DNA of 64,000 nt from Bacillota bacterium (GCA_050952625.1 JBMNLH010000001.1:1152001-1216000), one strand, 5' to 3'. Counted from the first letter of the stretch, positions 1-10,135 are shown. A program made the numbers and translations. Notes: generated by a model not told the origin, from the sequence alone.

Positions 1-1
1 T

Positions 2-355
2 CTAAATGAAGCCGAGGTTTTGGAACGTATTAGTCGGCTTAAGGAGCAGGGGATTATTCGTCGCATCGGGGCTAGTTTTAATTCAAATGGATTGGGTTAT
101 GTCAGTAGTCTGATAGCCCTAAAGGTGCCAGAGGCACAATTAGCCACAGTCGCTTCTGTCGTTAATAGTTATCCAGGAGTGACTCATAATTATCAACGAA
201 ATCACGCTTATAACCTCTGGTTTACTCTAATCGCTCCATCCTCGGCTGAACTGGTGAATACTTTAAAGGAGATTCAAGCAAAGATCGGCGATTTGCCTTA
301 TCTAAATCTACCGGCCCGACGGGTGTTTAAAATTAAGGCCCAATTTTCCTTTTAG
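2..355 (+). CDS. ahbA: Siroheme decarboxylase alpha subunit (AhbA/NirDL-like), 5' end outside the window
   Basis: Frame is open from position 2; motifs GIIRRIG and VTHNYQR..YNLWFT; directly upstream of an AhbB paralog and hemL. Confidence 0.85.
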   Translation, partial: LNEAEVLERISRLKEQGIIRRIGASFNSNGLGYVSSLIALKVPEAQLATVASVVNSYPGVTHNYQRNHAYNLWFTLIAPSSAELVNTLKEIQAKIGDLPYLNLPARRVFKIKAQFSF

Positions 356-378
356 AAGGATTTTTTTGGGGGGAGCAA

Positions 379-846
379 ATGCAAACTGATCAAGACATTG
401 CTATTGTTCGAGCATTACAGGGAGATATTCCGCTAGTAGCCCGACCTTTTATTCAAATTGCTAATCAATTGGGTATCGGTGAAGCTGACTTGCTGCAGAA
501 GATTAATGAGATGCAAAATAAAGGCGTTATTCGGCGTTTTGGGGCTATCCTGCGTCACCGTCAAGCCGGAATAACCGCCAACGCCATGGTAGTATGGCGA
601 GTGCCAGCTGAAGATATCGAACGGGTCGGAACCATAATGGCTCAATCACCAGCCGTTACTCATTGCTATGAGCGACCAACCGGCCCAGATTGGCCTTACA
701 ACCTTTACACTATGATCCATGGTCGATCAACCGTGGAGTGCGAAGAAGTTGTGCAGAAACTAGCGCAGATAGCTGATGTAAAAGAATACCAACTGCTATA
801 TGGGATTAAGGAATATAAAAAGACTAGTATGCAGTATTTTAAATAA
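379..846 (+). CDS. ahbB: Siroheme decarboxylase beta subunit (AhbB/NirGH-like)
   Basis: LQGDIPL..RPF, RRFGAILRH..G..ANAM, VTHCYERP...WPYNLYTMIH, EYKKTSM motifs. Confidence 0.9.
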   Translation: MQTDQDIAIVRALQGDIPLVARPFIQIANQLGIGEADLLQKINEMQNKGVIRRFGAILRHRQAGITANAMVVWRVPAEDIERVGTIMAQSPAVTHCYERPTGPDWPYNLYTMIHGRSTVECEEVVQKLAQIADVKEYQLLYGIKEYKKTSMQYFK

Positions 847-981
847 GAATAATATTTGATAGATTTAATTGTTCTGGATGAATGTTCCAGGCTTGTTTAG
901 CATTGGCGTTCATCTACTAATTCTATTATAATTAATTATTAAATATAATAGATAGTTTAAGTCGAGCGGAGGCAGATAGAG

Positions 982-2379
982 ATGTCACAGCAGCACAGTC
1001 GACAATTACGCCAGGATAAGTCAGCATCGCTTTTTGCGGAAGCCGGCCATTATATGCCCGGGGGGGTCAACAGTCCAGTTCGCGCTTTTCGAGCCGTTGG
1101 CGGTACACCAGTGTATATGCAAAAAGGAGAAGGGGCTTATCTTTGGGATGTTGACGGGAATCAGTTTATTGATTTATTGTCATCTTGGGGGCCGCTCATT
1201 CTCGGGCACCGGCATCCACAGGTGATGGCAGCGATTCAGCAAACGCTAGAAATTGGCACCAGTTTTGGTGCGCCAACGGAATTAGAAACCCGCATGGCCA
1301 CTTTAATAATTGAAGCCTTGCCGGCGATGGAAATGGTGCGGATGGTTAGTTCCGGAACCGAGGCGACGATGAGTGCCTTGCGACTCGCCCGTGGATATAC
1401 CGGCCGAGATAAGATCGTCAAGTTTGAGGGTTGCTACCATGGTCATGCGGATTCCCTTTTGATAAAGGCTGGCTCTGGTTTATTAACCCTCGGTGTCCCG
1501 ACCAGTCCTGGAGTACCTGCTGATTTAGCTGCCTCGACGGTTGTGGCTCCCTATAACGATTTAGATAATCTGAAAGAACTATTTGCCGCCATTGGAAACG
1601 AAATTGCGGCGGTTATTGTTGAGCCAGTCGCTGGGAATATGGGAGTAGTGCTGCCTGAGCCCGGGTTTTTGGCAGGATTAAGAGCACTGACTAAAGAATA
1701 TGGTACGCTGCTTATTTTCGATGAAGTAATCACTGGGTTTCGGGTAGCCTATGGTGGAGCCCAGACCCGGTTTGGTATTGAACCGGATTTAACTTGTCTC
1801 GGCAAAATTATTGGCGGTGGTTTGCCTGTTGGGGCCTATGGCGGCCGACGTGAAATAATGGAAAGCATTGCGCCGAATGGACCAGTATATCAGGCCGGCA
1901 CTCTTTCCGGCAATCCACTAGCTATGGCAGCCGGTATTGCCACTCTCGAGGTCCTGAAACAGCCAGGGTTTTATGAAGAGTTAGAAAAAAAATCAGCTTA
2001 CTTAAGCCAGGGCTTGGCAGAGGCGGCAGTACGTAGCGGTTTATCAACTAAAATTATGGAAATTTCAAGTAGCGATAATAAATTGAACTTAAAAAGAATA
2101 TATTTGCCGAAATCTAATGATGCGGACGCAGTCTGTCTGACTCGTATCGGCTCCATGCTTTGTACCTTTTTTACTCACAAACCAGTAACTGATTATCAAT
2201 CAGCTTCTACGGCGAATACTGATCAGTATTCTCGTTATTTCTGGACAATGTTGCAGGAGGGGGTCTATCTGGCCCCAGCTCAGTTTGAGGCGTCTTTTGT
2301 ATCGTCAGCCCATACCTATAATGATTTAGATCGGATTATTGAGGCCAGCGAGCGAGCGTTTGTCGCTGCAAGGGGTTAA
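982..2379 (+). CDS. hemL: Glutamate-1-semialdehyde 2,1-aminomutase
   Basis: [42 protein letters not shown] (PLP lysine), [10 protein letters not shown]; SD GGAGG upstream. Confidence 0.97.
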   Translation: MSQQHSRQLRQDKSASLFAEAGHYMPGGVNSPVRAFRAVGGTPVYMQKGEGAYLWDVDGNQFIDLLSSWGPLILGHRHPQVMAAIQQTLEIGTSFGAPTELETRMATLIIEALPAMEMVRMVSSGTEATMSALRLARGYTGRDKIVKFEGCYHGHADSLLIKAGSGLLTLGVPTSPGVPADLAASTVVAPYNDLDNLKELFAAIGNEIAAVIVEPVAGNMGVVLPEPGFLAGLRALTKEYGTLLIFDEVITGFRVAYGGAQTRFGIEPDLTCLGKIIGGGLPVGAYGGRREIMESIAPNGPVYQAGTLSGNPLAMAAGIATLEVLKQPGFYEELEKKSAYLSQGLAEAAVRSGLSTKIMEISSSDNKLNLKRIYLPKSNDADAVCLTRIGSMLCTFFTHKPVTDYQSASTANTDQYSRYFWTMLQEGVYLAPAQFEASFVSSAHTYNDLDRIIEASERAFVAARG

Positions 2380-2461
2380 CTTATTATCATTTTCAAAATA
2401 CATCACAAATCGCATGCAGCTAGGAAGCACAAATTGTGAAGGGAAAAAACAAAAAAACAAT

Positions 2462-2923
2462 TTATTCCTCAGTTAATAGTGACCCGACTCTAAAGAAGGT
2501 TCCTCGACTGATAGCGATTAATTGGTTCTGAAGATTATATACCTCAGTTTGAGCAATTACCACCTGACTGCCAATATGGACTGCGTCGGAACAAGCCCGA
2601 AGTATTTCCCCAACACAAACGCGTCCGAGAAAATTAATATTCATCTCTAAGGTGACTACCCGCATATTTAATGTACGAAAAACGACTCCCATTGCCGAAT
2701 CAACTAAGGTGGTAATGATTCCACCGTGTGCCATTCCATAAGAATTAGTAAACTCGGGACCAATTGGCATCTCCAATTCAGCCCGACCCTGAGCTAATAA
2801 AAGTAGGGTTATCTGCAAATTTTGATGCGCCGGGATTCTATTAGAAATGTTTACAACCGCATTAAATAATTCCTCATCAAGACCAAAGTTTTTTATTGAT
2901 TTAGTTTCTTGAGGTTTATGCAT
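2462..2923 (-). CDS. PaaI-family hotdog-fold thioesterase
   Basis: N..G.AHGG....LVDSAMG motif, VTLEMNINFL; SD GAGGAG upstream on the minus strand. Confidence 0.85.
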   Translation of the reverse strand: MHKPQETKSIKNFGLDEELFNAVVNISNRIPAHQNLQITLLLLAQGRAELEMPIGPEFTNSYGMAHGGIITTLVDSAMGVVFRTLNMRVVTLEMNINFLGRVCVGEILRACSDAVHIGSQVVIAQTEVYNLQNQLIAISRGTFFRVGSLLTEE

Positions 2924-3083
2924 AGAAGGTGTCTTCTCCTCTTTTGTATATTTTGGTGCATCAGTATCGGCTTGAACACTATTAGGTAAATTGCTTCTAT
3001 CCGAATTATTGTGTTTTTCTTTTAAGTTAGATGACAGTTAATAAAATGTCAACTATGTAAAAGAAACCGGGAACTTACGTTCT

Positions 3084-3110
3084 GGAGGAATTTCTTCAAT
3101 AACGGCGAAT
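3084..3110 (+). promoter_or_regulatory. Sigma-H-type promoter for cheR
   Basis: GGAGGAATT-N11-GGCGAAT matches the SigH consensus RNAGGAWWW-N11/12-RNNGAAT. Confidence 0.6.
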
Positions 3111-3146
3111 TAGGTAACGGTCAGAGGGGAGGGAAACCGGTCGAGT

Positions 3147-3920
3147 ATGCATGATAAATACCAATGGTTTATTAAAAAGGTACAGGAACGGACCGGCATT
3201 GACCTCGCTAGTTACAAAAGACCCCAAATGGAACGTCGCATTAATAGTCTGATGCGTTCCCAAAATGTAGGGAATTATGAAGAATATGTTCAACTTCTAA
3301 CTAAGGACCCTGCCCAATATCGAAAATTTTTAGAGCATATAACCATAAATGTCTCTGAATTTTTTCGAAACTTTTCGCATTGGGAGGTTTTACAAAATCA
3401 AGTTTTACCCGATTTATTAAGCCGTAGCAGCACCCTGAAGATATGGAGTGCTGGCTGTTCTACTGGGGAGGAACCATATTCATTGACCATAACTCTGTTA
3501 GAAAAAGCAGCTAGCCGTTTTCATAAAGTCATTGCGACCGATATTGATCGTCAAGTTATAGAGAGAGCACAAAAGGGAATATACGGCTCAAAAGCAGTAA
3601 GCTCTGTTCCAGAACCTTGGCTAAAAAAATATTTTCTGCAAAACGAAGGTAACTTTATTATTAAGGATGAGGTCAAGAAGTGGATTAGCTTTCAACAACA
3701 TGACTTACTAAAAGATAACTATCCGAGTAATTGCGACCTTATCTTATGTCGAAATGTTGTTATTTATTTTACCGAAGAGGCGAAAACCCGATTGTACCAG
3801 CGATTTCAACAAGCATTAAAAAAAGGTGGGGTTTTATTTATTGGCAGTACTGAACAAATCTTTCAGGCGCGCGAATTAGGCCTGCGATCCATTGCTACGT
3901 TTTTCTATCAAAAGATTTAA
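3147..3920 (+). CDS. cheR: Chemotaxis protein methyltransferase CheR
   Basis: TINVSEFFRN, IWSAGCSTGEEPYS, ATDID, DLILCRNVVIYF. Confidence 0.95.
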   Translation: MHDKYQWFIKKVQERTGIDLASYKRPQMERRINSLMRSQNVGNYEEYVQLLTKDPAQYRKFLEHITINVSEFFRNFSHWEVLQNQVLPDLLSRSSTLKIWSAGCSTGEEPYSLTITLLEKAASRFHKVIATDIDRQVIERAQKGIYGSKAVSSVPEPWLKKYFLQNEGNFIIKDEVKKWISFQQHDLLKDNYPSNCDLILCRNVVIYFTEEAKTRLYQRFQQALKKGGVLFIGSTEQIFQARELGLRSIATFFYQKI

Positions 3921-3944
3921 AGTAGATAAAATTTTAAAACCTAG

Positions 3945-3972
3945 GCAGGAATTTGTTCGCTTTATGTAGAAA
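3945..3972 (+). promoter_or_regulatory. Sigma-H-type promoter for the etfBA-oxidoreductase operon
   Basis: GCAGGAATT-N12-GTAGAAA. Confidence 0.6.
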
Positions 3973-4004
3973 TAGAATGAAAAAAGTTCTGTGTCTAATT
4001 AATG

Positions 4005-4316
4005 CTTCAGTCATGGAGACGGGCTTTTTTTGTGGCTATAAGAAAGAAAAATTTGGCCCGGTTTATTCTGGGTAAATTAAAGCAAAGTCCTTCGAGATTA
4101 AGACACTGGAGGACTGATAATCTTGTCAGTCGAGGAATGAATCGGCTGAAAAAGGAGGGCCCTTCTAAAGAAGAAAAGGGATGTCCATGATTAGTCTTAA
4201 TAGCTTTGACAGTTTCTGGTCATCCTGGATCTGAAAAGGGTTAAAGGCTTCTTCTGCAAACATGAAGCAGAGTTTAAATAGTTGCAGAGTGAAGACCGGG
4301 CCAAAGATAACTGAAG
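4005..4316 (+). ncRNA. Candidate structured leader RNA upstream of etfB, family not recognised
   Basis: Nested complementary segments 4005-4011/4310-4316, 4052-4070/4285-4305 (11 bp perfect core), 4077-4083/4203-4209 and 4097-4104/4194-4201, plus local hairpins. Confidence 0.4.
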
Positions 4317-4462
4317 GGTCCCACTAACTCAGAAAACTCGGTTGGGGGTGGTGAAAGAGGGTTCGTTCACGTTTTTAGGTATTTAGTAGTCGGATTATAG
4401 TGTAAAACAGTCGGGATTTAGGATTGAAAAAATGCAAACCATTCTCAAAGGAGGAAAGAGCT

Positions 4463-5209
4463 TTGAAAATAGCTGTATGTGTTAAGCAAACTTTTGACAC
4501 CGAAGCTAAAATCGTCCTCAAAAACGGAAAAGTCAGCGATGATGGGATTAACCTGATTATTAACCCTTACGATGAAGTAGCCGTGGAAGAAGCTCTCCAA
4601 ATTAAGGAGAAGCAAGGTGGAGAAGTTTTAGTCGTATCTGCTGGTTCTGATAAAGCCCAGGATGCAATTCGTCAAGCATTAGCCATGGGAGCAGATAAAG
4701 GAGTTCTAATCAGTGCTGATACAGAAGCTGACGAATACGCTCGCGCTGGTATTCTGGCTAAAGTAATAAGCGGCCTAGGTGCTGAACTAATTCTGTGTGG
4801 ACACGTTGCCGCTGATGATGGTTCCTCCCAGGTTCCGACTCGGTTGGCTGAAATCCTGAACCTTCCCCACGTTAACGTAGTACGTAAACTTGAACTGAAC
4901 GGTAATACTGCTGTCTGTACTCGTGAAACTGACGGTGGAACAGAAATTATCGAGGTAAAATTACCAGCGATCATTACCTGCCAGGTTGGAATGAACGAAC
5001 CCCGGTATCCTTCCATGAAAGGTATTATGCAAGCTAAGAAGAAACCGATCGACAAAGTTGCTGGCGAGGCAATTGCTTCTAAAACTTCTATAGCTTCCGT
5101 ATTCATTCCACCTCCAAAAGCTGCTGGTAAGAAAATCGAGGCAGAACCGGCTGATGCTGCAGCTCAAGTAGTTAACTGGTTAAAGAACGAAGTTCGGGTA
5201 GTCGGCTAA
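4463..5209 (+). CDS. etfB: Electron transfer flavoprotein beta subunit
   Basis: KIAVCVKQ, INPYDEVAVEEAL, ALAMGAD, NEPRYPS..GIM.AKKK; TTG start at 4463 follows SD AAGGAGG. Confidence 0.95.
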   Translation: MKIAVCVKQTFDTEAKIVLKNGKVSDDGINLIINPYDEVAVEEALQIKEKQGGEVLVVSAGSDKAQDAIRQALAMGADKGVLISADTEADEYARAGILAKVISGLGAELILCGHVAADDGSSQVPTRLAEILNLPHVNVVRKLELNGNTAVCTRETDGGTEIIEVKLPAIITCQVGMNEPRYPSMKGIMQAKKKPIDKVAGEAIASKTSIASVFIPPPKAAGKKIEAEPADAAAQVVNWLKNEVRVVG

Positions 5210-5248
5210 TCTGAATGGAATTCACGAACAAAGGAGGAGAATAGTCTA

Positions 5249-6205
5249 ATGGCAAAAGGTACATGGGTTGTTGTTGACCAACGTGACGGCAAAATCCGTA
5301 AAGTCTCGCTCGAATTGATTAGCAAGGCTCGTGACTTCGGCGATGAGGTTGCCGCTGTTATTATGGGTCAAGGTATCGAAGGTCTAGCTGCTGAAGCTGG
5401 TAAAGCTGGGGCAGATAAGGTTTACATTGTAGACGATGCAAAATTTGCACAGTACAATACGGGTGCTTACGCTGCTCAACTAGCCGCTATGGCGAAAAAG
5501 TATGACCCGGCAACTATTATCTTTGGGCATACTGCAATGGGTAAGGATCTGGCTCCTCGGACCGCTCAAAAGTTAGATGCTGGTCTGGTAACAGACTGCA
5601 CTGACATAGAAGTAGATGGCGGCAAGCTGACCTTTGTCCGCCCAATCTATGCCGGTAAGGCCTTTGCAAAGGTTAATGTTGATTCCACCCCAGTTATGGC
5701 TACTATTCGGGCAAACATTTTTGACGTAGCCGATGCTGGAAAATCTCCTGAAGTAATCAAGGCTGACGTAGCTGTAAGCGATGCAGACCTATATCAGACT
5801 GTCAAAGAATTTATCGCGACTGTTTCCAGCCGACCAGAGCTTTCTGAAGCAAACTTCGTTGTATCCGGCGGCCGTGGAGCTAAAGGACCAGAAGGCTTCA
5901 AAATGCTTGAAGAGCTGGCGGACATCTTTGGGGCTGCAGTTGGTGCTTCCCGGGCAGCTGTCGACTCTGGCTGGATTGATAATCAGTACCAGGTTGGCCA
6001 AACTGGTAAAGTGGTTAACCCTGTACTCTACGTAGCGGCTGGTATCTCTGGTGCAATTCAGCACGTAGCCGGCATGTCTTCTTCCAAGAACATTGTTGCT
6101 ATTAATAAAGACCCCGAAGCACCGATTTTCAGTATTGCTGACTTCGGTATTGTTGGGGATATGCATGCCGTTATTCCAGAGATGATTAAGCAACTAAAGA
6201 AGTAA
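5249..6205 (+). CDS. etfA: Electron transfer flavoprotein alpha subunit
   Basis: [46 protein letters not shown]. Confidence 0.96.
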   Translation: MAKGTWVVVDQRDGKIRKVSLELISKARDFGDEVAAVIMGQGIEGLAAEAGKAGADKVYIVDDAKFAQYNTGAYAAQLAAMAKKYDPATIIFGHTAMGKDLAPRTAQKLDAGLVTDCTDIEVDGGKLTFVRPIYAGKAFAKVNVDSTPVMATIRANIFDVADAGKSPEVIKADVAVSDADLYQTVKEFIATVSSRPELSEANFVVSGGRGAKGPEGFKMLEELADIFGAAVGASRAAVDSGWIDNQYQVGQTGKVVNPVLYVAAGISGAIQHVAGMSSSKNIVAINKDPEAPIFSIADFGIVGDMHAVIPEMIKQLKK

Positions 6206-6260
6206 TCAGGGTTTAGAGATAAAGGGTATTTCGAGTACTCTAGGTCCTAATTAGAAAATG

Positions 6261-6310
6261 ATGCTGGATATGCGCCACGCACCCTATAACCTGCCTCGCA
6301 TATCCAGTAT
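6261..6310 (+). other. Intercistronic stem-loop between etfA and the oxidoreductase gene
   Basis: ATGCTGGATATGCG (6261-6274) pairs with CGCATATCCAGTAT (6297-6310), 14 bp with one G-U; no U-tract. Confidence 0.6.
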
Positions 6311-6342
6311 TCATGTACAAAAAATGCCAAGGGGGGTATAAA

Positions 6343-8550
6343 ATGGAGGGTCTGTTGCATTTTTTTAGCTACTCAGCTAGTTTTGCAGAAGCATCCGAGG
6401 AGGCTGTAAGGCTGATCACTCGTGTTTCCCCCACCAACATTCCCTGGGCCCATATGTATCTGTTAATCATGTGGATTCCGCTGCTTGCTTTCCTTTACGG
6501 TTTTTATATCCGGTGCCGGATGTATGGCGTAGGAAAACCTGAGATGCGGACAGACGAGGTGGGAACACGTATCGGCTCCTGGTTAAAGTATACCTTTGGA
6601 CATGGTCGAATTACCCGGGAAGCTTTACCTGGCTGGAGCCATTTTGCACTATTCTGGGGCTGGGTACTGATGTTTGCCCTAACTGGAACAGTTGCTATTA
6701 CCTCAACCGTACGTGAAGTAAGTGAAATGTTATTTGGTATTCATATACCGAAAATGACCGGTAACTTCTTTATTGGTTTCCATTTAATTGGGGAAATTGC
6801 TGGTATTGTCGCGATTATCGGTGTTTTGTATTTGATTTATCGACGTTATGTCATCAAGCCTGATCGGCTCAATGATACGCGAGAGGAAGACGGTTGGATA
6901 CTCGCACTTGTTTTGGTAATTATGCTAACCGGATATTTTATAGAAGCTCTCCGGATCACTGGTCAGTTGATGGCTATGGGTGGCGGAGTAGTTACTGCTA
7001 CAGCATTAGCCCAACTAGCACCGATAGATAAAGCTGCTCATCCAATTGGTTGGACCATCGCAACTCTCTTCTATAATTTACCTTTTGACACTGTTACCAT
7101 CTGGCACCGGATGCTATGGTGGTTCCATATGTTTATCGCCTTCCTGTTTATTGGCTTGATCCCTCAAACCAAATTATGGCACATCATGGCCGGTATGCTA
7201 AACTATTTCTTCCGCAACCTCGGACCCAAAGGTGCAGTTAAACCAATTCCAAATATTGAAGAAGCGGAAACTTTTGGGGTAGAAGCAATTGAAGAGTTTA
7301 CTTGGAAGGATATGCTGGATTTTGATACCTGTATCCGTTGTGGACGTTGTCAGGATAACTGCCCAGCTTACCTAACTGGTAAGGCTTTGAACCCGAAAAT
7401 GTTAATTCAAGATCTTAAGGAGCACTGGCTAGAAAAGGCCCCGTATTTACTGGCTCAGAAGAAAGCTGCGGCCGCCGATGCCGGAGAAGCAGTAGGGGCT
7501 ATGTCTGATGAGGGTGCTGTAGACGTGATGGAAAAGGCCTTGATCGGCGATGTGATCTCAGAAACAGCGATTTGGGATTGCACTAACTGCCGGGCTTGTA
7601 TGGAAATGTGCCCGATGTTCATTGAGCATATTCCGAAAACTATTGAAATGCGCCGGAATTTGGTTATGTGGCAGAGTTCCTTCCCGAGTGAAGCACAACT
7701 GGTCTTCCGGGGTATGGAAAATAATAGTAACCCCTGGAACGTGGGTTGGGCTGACCGAGATAAGTGGGCTGAAGGCTTAGATGTCCCGTTGTGGTCTGAG
7801 ATTCCGGAAAACGAACGACACAATTATTATCTCTACTATGTCGGTTGTTCCGGTGCGTTTGACGATCGCAATAAGAAAGTCGCTAAAGCTGTCGTCCAGA
7901 TTCTGAATAAAGCTGGCATTAAATTTGCTATTCTGGGTACCGAAGAAAAATGCTGTGGCGACTCAGCTCGACGCTTGGGGAATGAGTACCTGTATTATCA
8001 GTTAGTCACCGAAGCCGTTGAAACAATGAATGGCTATGGTGTCCAAAAGATCATTGCTGCTTGTCCGCACTGTCTGAATACCCTGAAAAATGAGTATCCA
8101 CAGTTTGGAGGCAATTATGAGGTAATTCACCATACCCAATTAATTGCTGATTTAATCAAGAGCGGTAAGATTCGTTTAACCAAGCCGTTGAACAAAACCT
8201 TAACCTATCATGACTCTTGTTTCCTAGGCCGTCACAATGATGAGTATGATGCCCCCAGACAAATTCTAGCAGCTATTCCAGGAGTTAAACTTGAAGAAAT
8301 GGATCGGAACCGTGAAAAAGGCTTCTGTTGCGGTGCCGGTGGTGGCCGGATGTGGCTGGAAGAACACGTTCACGAAGGACAAAAACGGATCAATATTGCT
8401 CGGACGGAGCAAGCTTTGGACAAAAATCCTGAAATCATTGCCGCTAATTGTCCTTTCTGTATCCAGATGTTTGAAGATGGTGTGAAATCTAAAGATCTCG
8501 AAGAATTCCCGGTCCGAGATCTGGCCGAATTGGTCGTAGAGGCGATGTAG
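6343..8550 (+). CDS. Membrane heme b/Fe-S oxidoreductase (ETF:menaquinone oxidoreductase, EMO/DUF224/FadF type)
   Basis: N-terminal multi-TM domain with His residues, two CxxCxxCxxxCP motifs (CIRCGRCQDNCP, CTNCRACMEMCP), two CCG domains (KCCGD, FCCGAGGG, HDSCFLGRHN); follows etfBA; ATG 6343 after SD GGGGGG. Confidence 0.9.
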   Translation: MEGLLHFFSYSASFAEASEEAVRLITRVSPTNIPWAHMYLLIMWIPLLAFLYGFYIRCRMYGVGKPEMRTDEVGTRIGSWLKYTFGHGRITREALPGWSHFALFWGWVLMFALTGTVAITSTVREVSEMLFGIHIPKMTGNFFIGFHLIGEIAGIVAIIGVLYLIYRRYVIKPDRLNDTREEDGWILALVLVIMLTGYFIEALRITGQLMAMGGGVVTATALAQLAPIDKAAHPIGWTIATLFYNLPFDTVTIWHRMLWWFHMFIAFLFIGLIPQTKLWHIMAGMLNYFFRNLGPKGAVKPIPNIEEAETFGVEAIEEFTWKDMLDFDTCIRCGRCQDNCPAYLTGKALNPKMLIQDLKEHWLEKAPYLLAQKKAAAADAGEAVGAMSDEGAVDVMEKALIGDVISETAIWDCTNCRACMEMCPMFIEHIPKTIEMRRNLVMWQSSFPSEAQLVFRGMENNSNPWNVGWADRDKWAEGLDVPLWSEIPENERHNYYLYYVGCSGAFDDRNKKVAKAVVQILNKAGIKFAILGTEEKCCGDSARRLGNEYLYYQLVTEAVETMNGYGVQKIIAACPHCLNTLKNEYPQFGGNYEVIHHTQLIADLIKSGKIRLTKPLNKTLTYHDSCFLGRHNDEYDAPRQILAAIPGVKLEEMDRNREKGFCCGAGGGRMWLEEHVHEGQKRINIARTEQALDKNPEIIAANCPFCIQMFEDGVKSKDLEEFPVRDLAELVVEAM

Positions 8551-8608
8551 GGTTTAGAGAAAACTTAATTCAGGATATTGCTTGAGACGAACGTGTCAAA
8601 TAAGATAT

Positions 8609-8639
8609 TTAGTGACAGCCCCATAAAGGCTGTCACTAA
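8609..8639. terminator. Perfect 12-bp hairpin closing the etf operon
   Basis: TTAGTGACAGCC-N7-GGCTGTCACTAA; no clear U-tract on the plus strand. Confidence 0.55.
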
Positions 8640-8704
8640 CACCATCAATGTGTTCCAAAACATTAGAATCTAACTCAAAGATTTGACAGAAAATGCTGGA
8701 AGCA

Positions 8705-8732
8705 GCAGGAATTTTGGAGAACCTTGTAGAAT
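8705..8732 (+). promoter_or_regulatory. Sigma-H-type promoter for thiolase
   Basis: GCAGGAATT-N12-GTAGAAT. Confidence 0.7.
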
Positions 8733-8918
8733 AAATACACCTTAAGGCAAAGTTTATACAAGGATACTGCCTTCTCTTCTCAGAGTCCAGAAGTAAAAGG
8801 CTAAGATTAGACAAGAACGAAGGAGGTGAAGGGTGGCTGCACCTCGTGGAGGAGGGTTTCGAGTTTTAACAAAGATGTATTAAGACCCTGAGAAATTAAA
8901 AAATGGAGGTTAGAAATC

Positions 8919-10109
8919 ATGGCAAACGCTGTAATCGTTAGTGCAGTTCGGACACCGGTTGGAAGTTTTGGCGGTAGTTTAAAGGGACTTGGCGCATGCA
9001 AAATAGGGGCTATTGCGATTAAGGAAGCTTTAAATCGGATTAATCTGGATCCGGCAAAAGTCGAAGAAGTAATATTTGGTTGTGTTCTCCAGGGTGGATT
9101 AGGTCAGAATATTGCTCGTCAATGTTCACTTGCTGCAGGGATCCCAGTGGAAGTACCGGCAATGACGATTAATAAAGTTTGTGGCTCTGGCCTACGAAGT
9201 GTATCTATTGCTGCTCAGTTCATTCAAAACGGCGACGCTGATATCATCGTCGCCGGTGGTACCGAAAACATGTCCGATGCTCCCTTTGTTCTGGATGATG
9301 CTCGTTGGGGCTTCCGGATGGCCAGTCCGAAAACTGGTTTTGGCAAAGTAAAAGACATGATGATTTATGATGGGATCTGGGATGTATACAACCAGTACCA
9401 CATGGGCAATACAGCTGAGAATGTGGCTGCCCAGTATGGCCTGACAAGGGATGAGTTAGATGAGGGCGGGGTTGCCAGTCAGAATAAAGCGGAAGCAGCG
9501 ATTAAAGCTGGTAAATTTAAAGATGAAATCGTTCCGGTAGAAATCAAGACCAAAAAAGGCACAGTCGTATTTGATACCGATGAGTTTGTCCGTTTTGGGG
9601 CCACCAAAGAAGCCCTTAGCAAGCTAAAACCAGCTTTTAAAGATGGCGGCGTTGTAACAGCCGGTAATGCTTCTGGGGTTAATGACGGTGCTGCAGCAAT
9701 CGTTGTTATGTCTGAAGAAAAAGCAAAAGAATTAGGATTGACCCCACTTGCTAAAATTATTGGCTGGGCTTCCGGCGGTGTTGATCCGAAGGTTATGGGT
9801 CTTGGCCCGATTCCAGCTGTACGGAATCTTATGGCTAAAACCGGCCTGAAAGTTGAAGACTTCGATCTGATTGAAGCCAACGAAGCTTTTATGGCTCAAT
9901 GGATCGCTGTAGGCCGAGAGCTAGGCTTTGACCTCAGTAAGGTCAACGTTAATGGTGGCGCAACGGCCATCGGTCACCCAATTGGGGCATCCGGTGCCCG
10001 GATTTTAGTAACCCTGCTTTATGAAATGAAACGTCGGGGAGCGAAGAAAGGTCTGGCTACCCTCTGCATCGGCGGCGGCATGGGAACTGCGCTAGCAGTC
10101 GAAATGTAG
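8919..10109 (+). CDS. thlA: Acetyl-CoA acetyltransferase (thiolase)
   Basis: [19 protein letters not shown] and CIGGG catalytic motifs; SD GGAGG. Confidence 0.95.
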   Translation: MANAVIVSAVRTPVGSFGGSLKGLGACKIGAIAIKEALNRINLDPAKVEEVIFGCVLQGGLGQNIARQCSLAAGIPVEVPAMTINKVCGSGLRSVSIAAQFIQNGDADIIVAGGTENMSDAPFVLDDARWGFRMASPKTGFGKVKDMMIYDGIWDVYNQYHMGNTAENVAAQYGLTRDELDEGGVASQNKAEAAIKAGKFKDEIVPVEIKTKKGTVVFDTDEFVRFGATKEALSKLKPAFKDGGVVTAGNASGVNDGAAAIVVMSEEKAKELGLTPLAKIIGWASGGVDPKVMGLGPIPAVRNLMAKTGLKVEDFDLIEANEAFMAQWIAVGRELGFDLSKVNVNGGATAIGHPIGASGARILVTLLYEMKRRGAKKGLATLCIGGGMGTALAVEM

Positions 10110-10135
10110 GTTAGTATTTGTCAGTCATGTAAGAG

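Noticed and set aside
4002-4190. 62-aa ORF in the etfB leader, and an RNase P-like AAAGTCC word
   Set aside because: No SD for the ORF; the full GAGGAAAGUCC motif and the 3' RNase P signature are missing.
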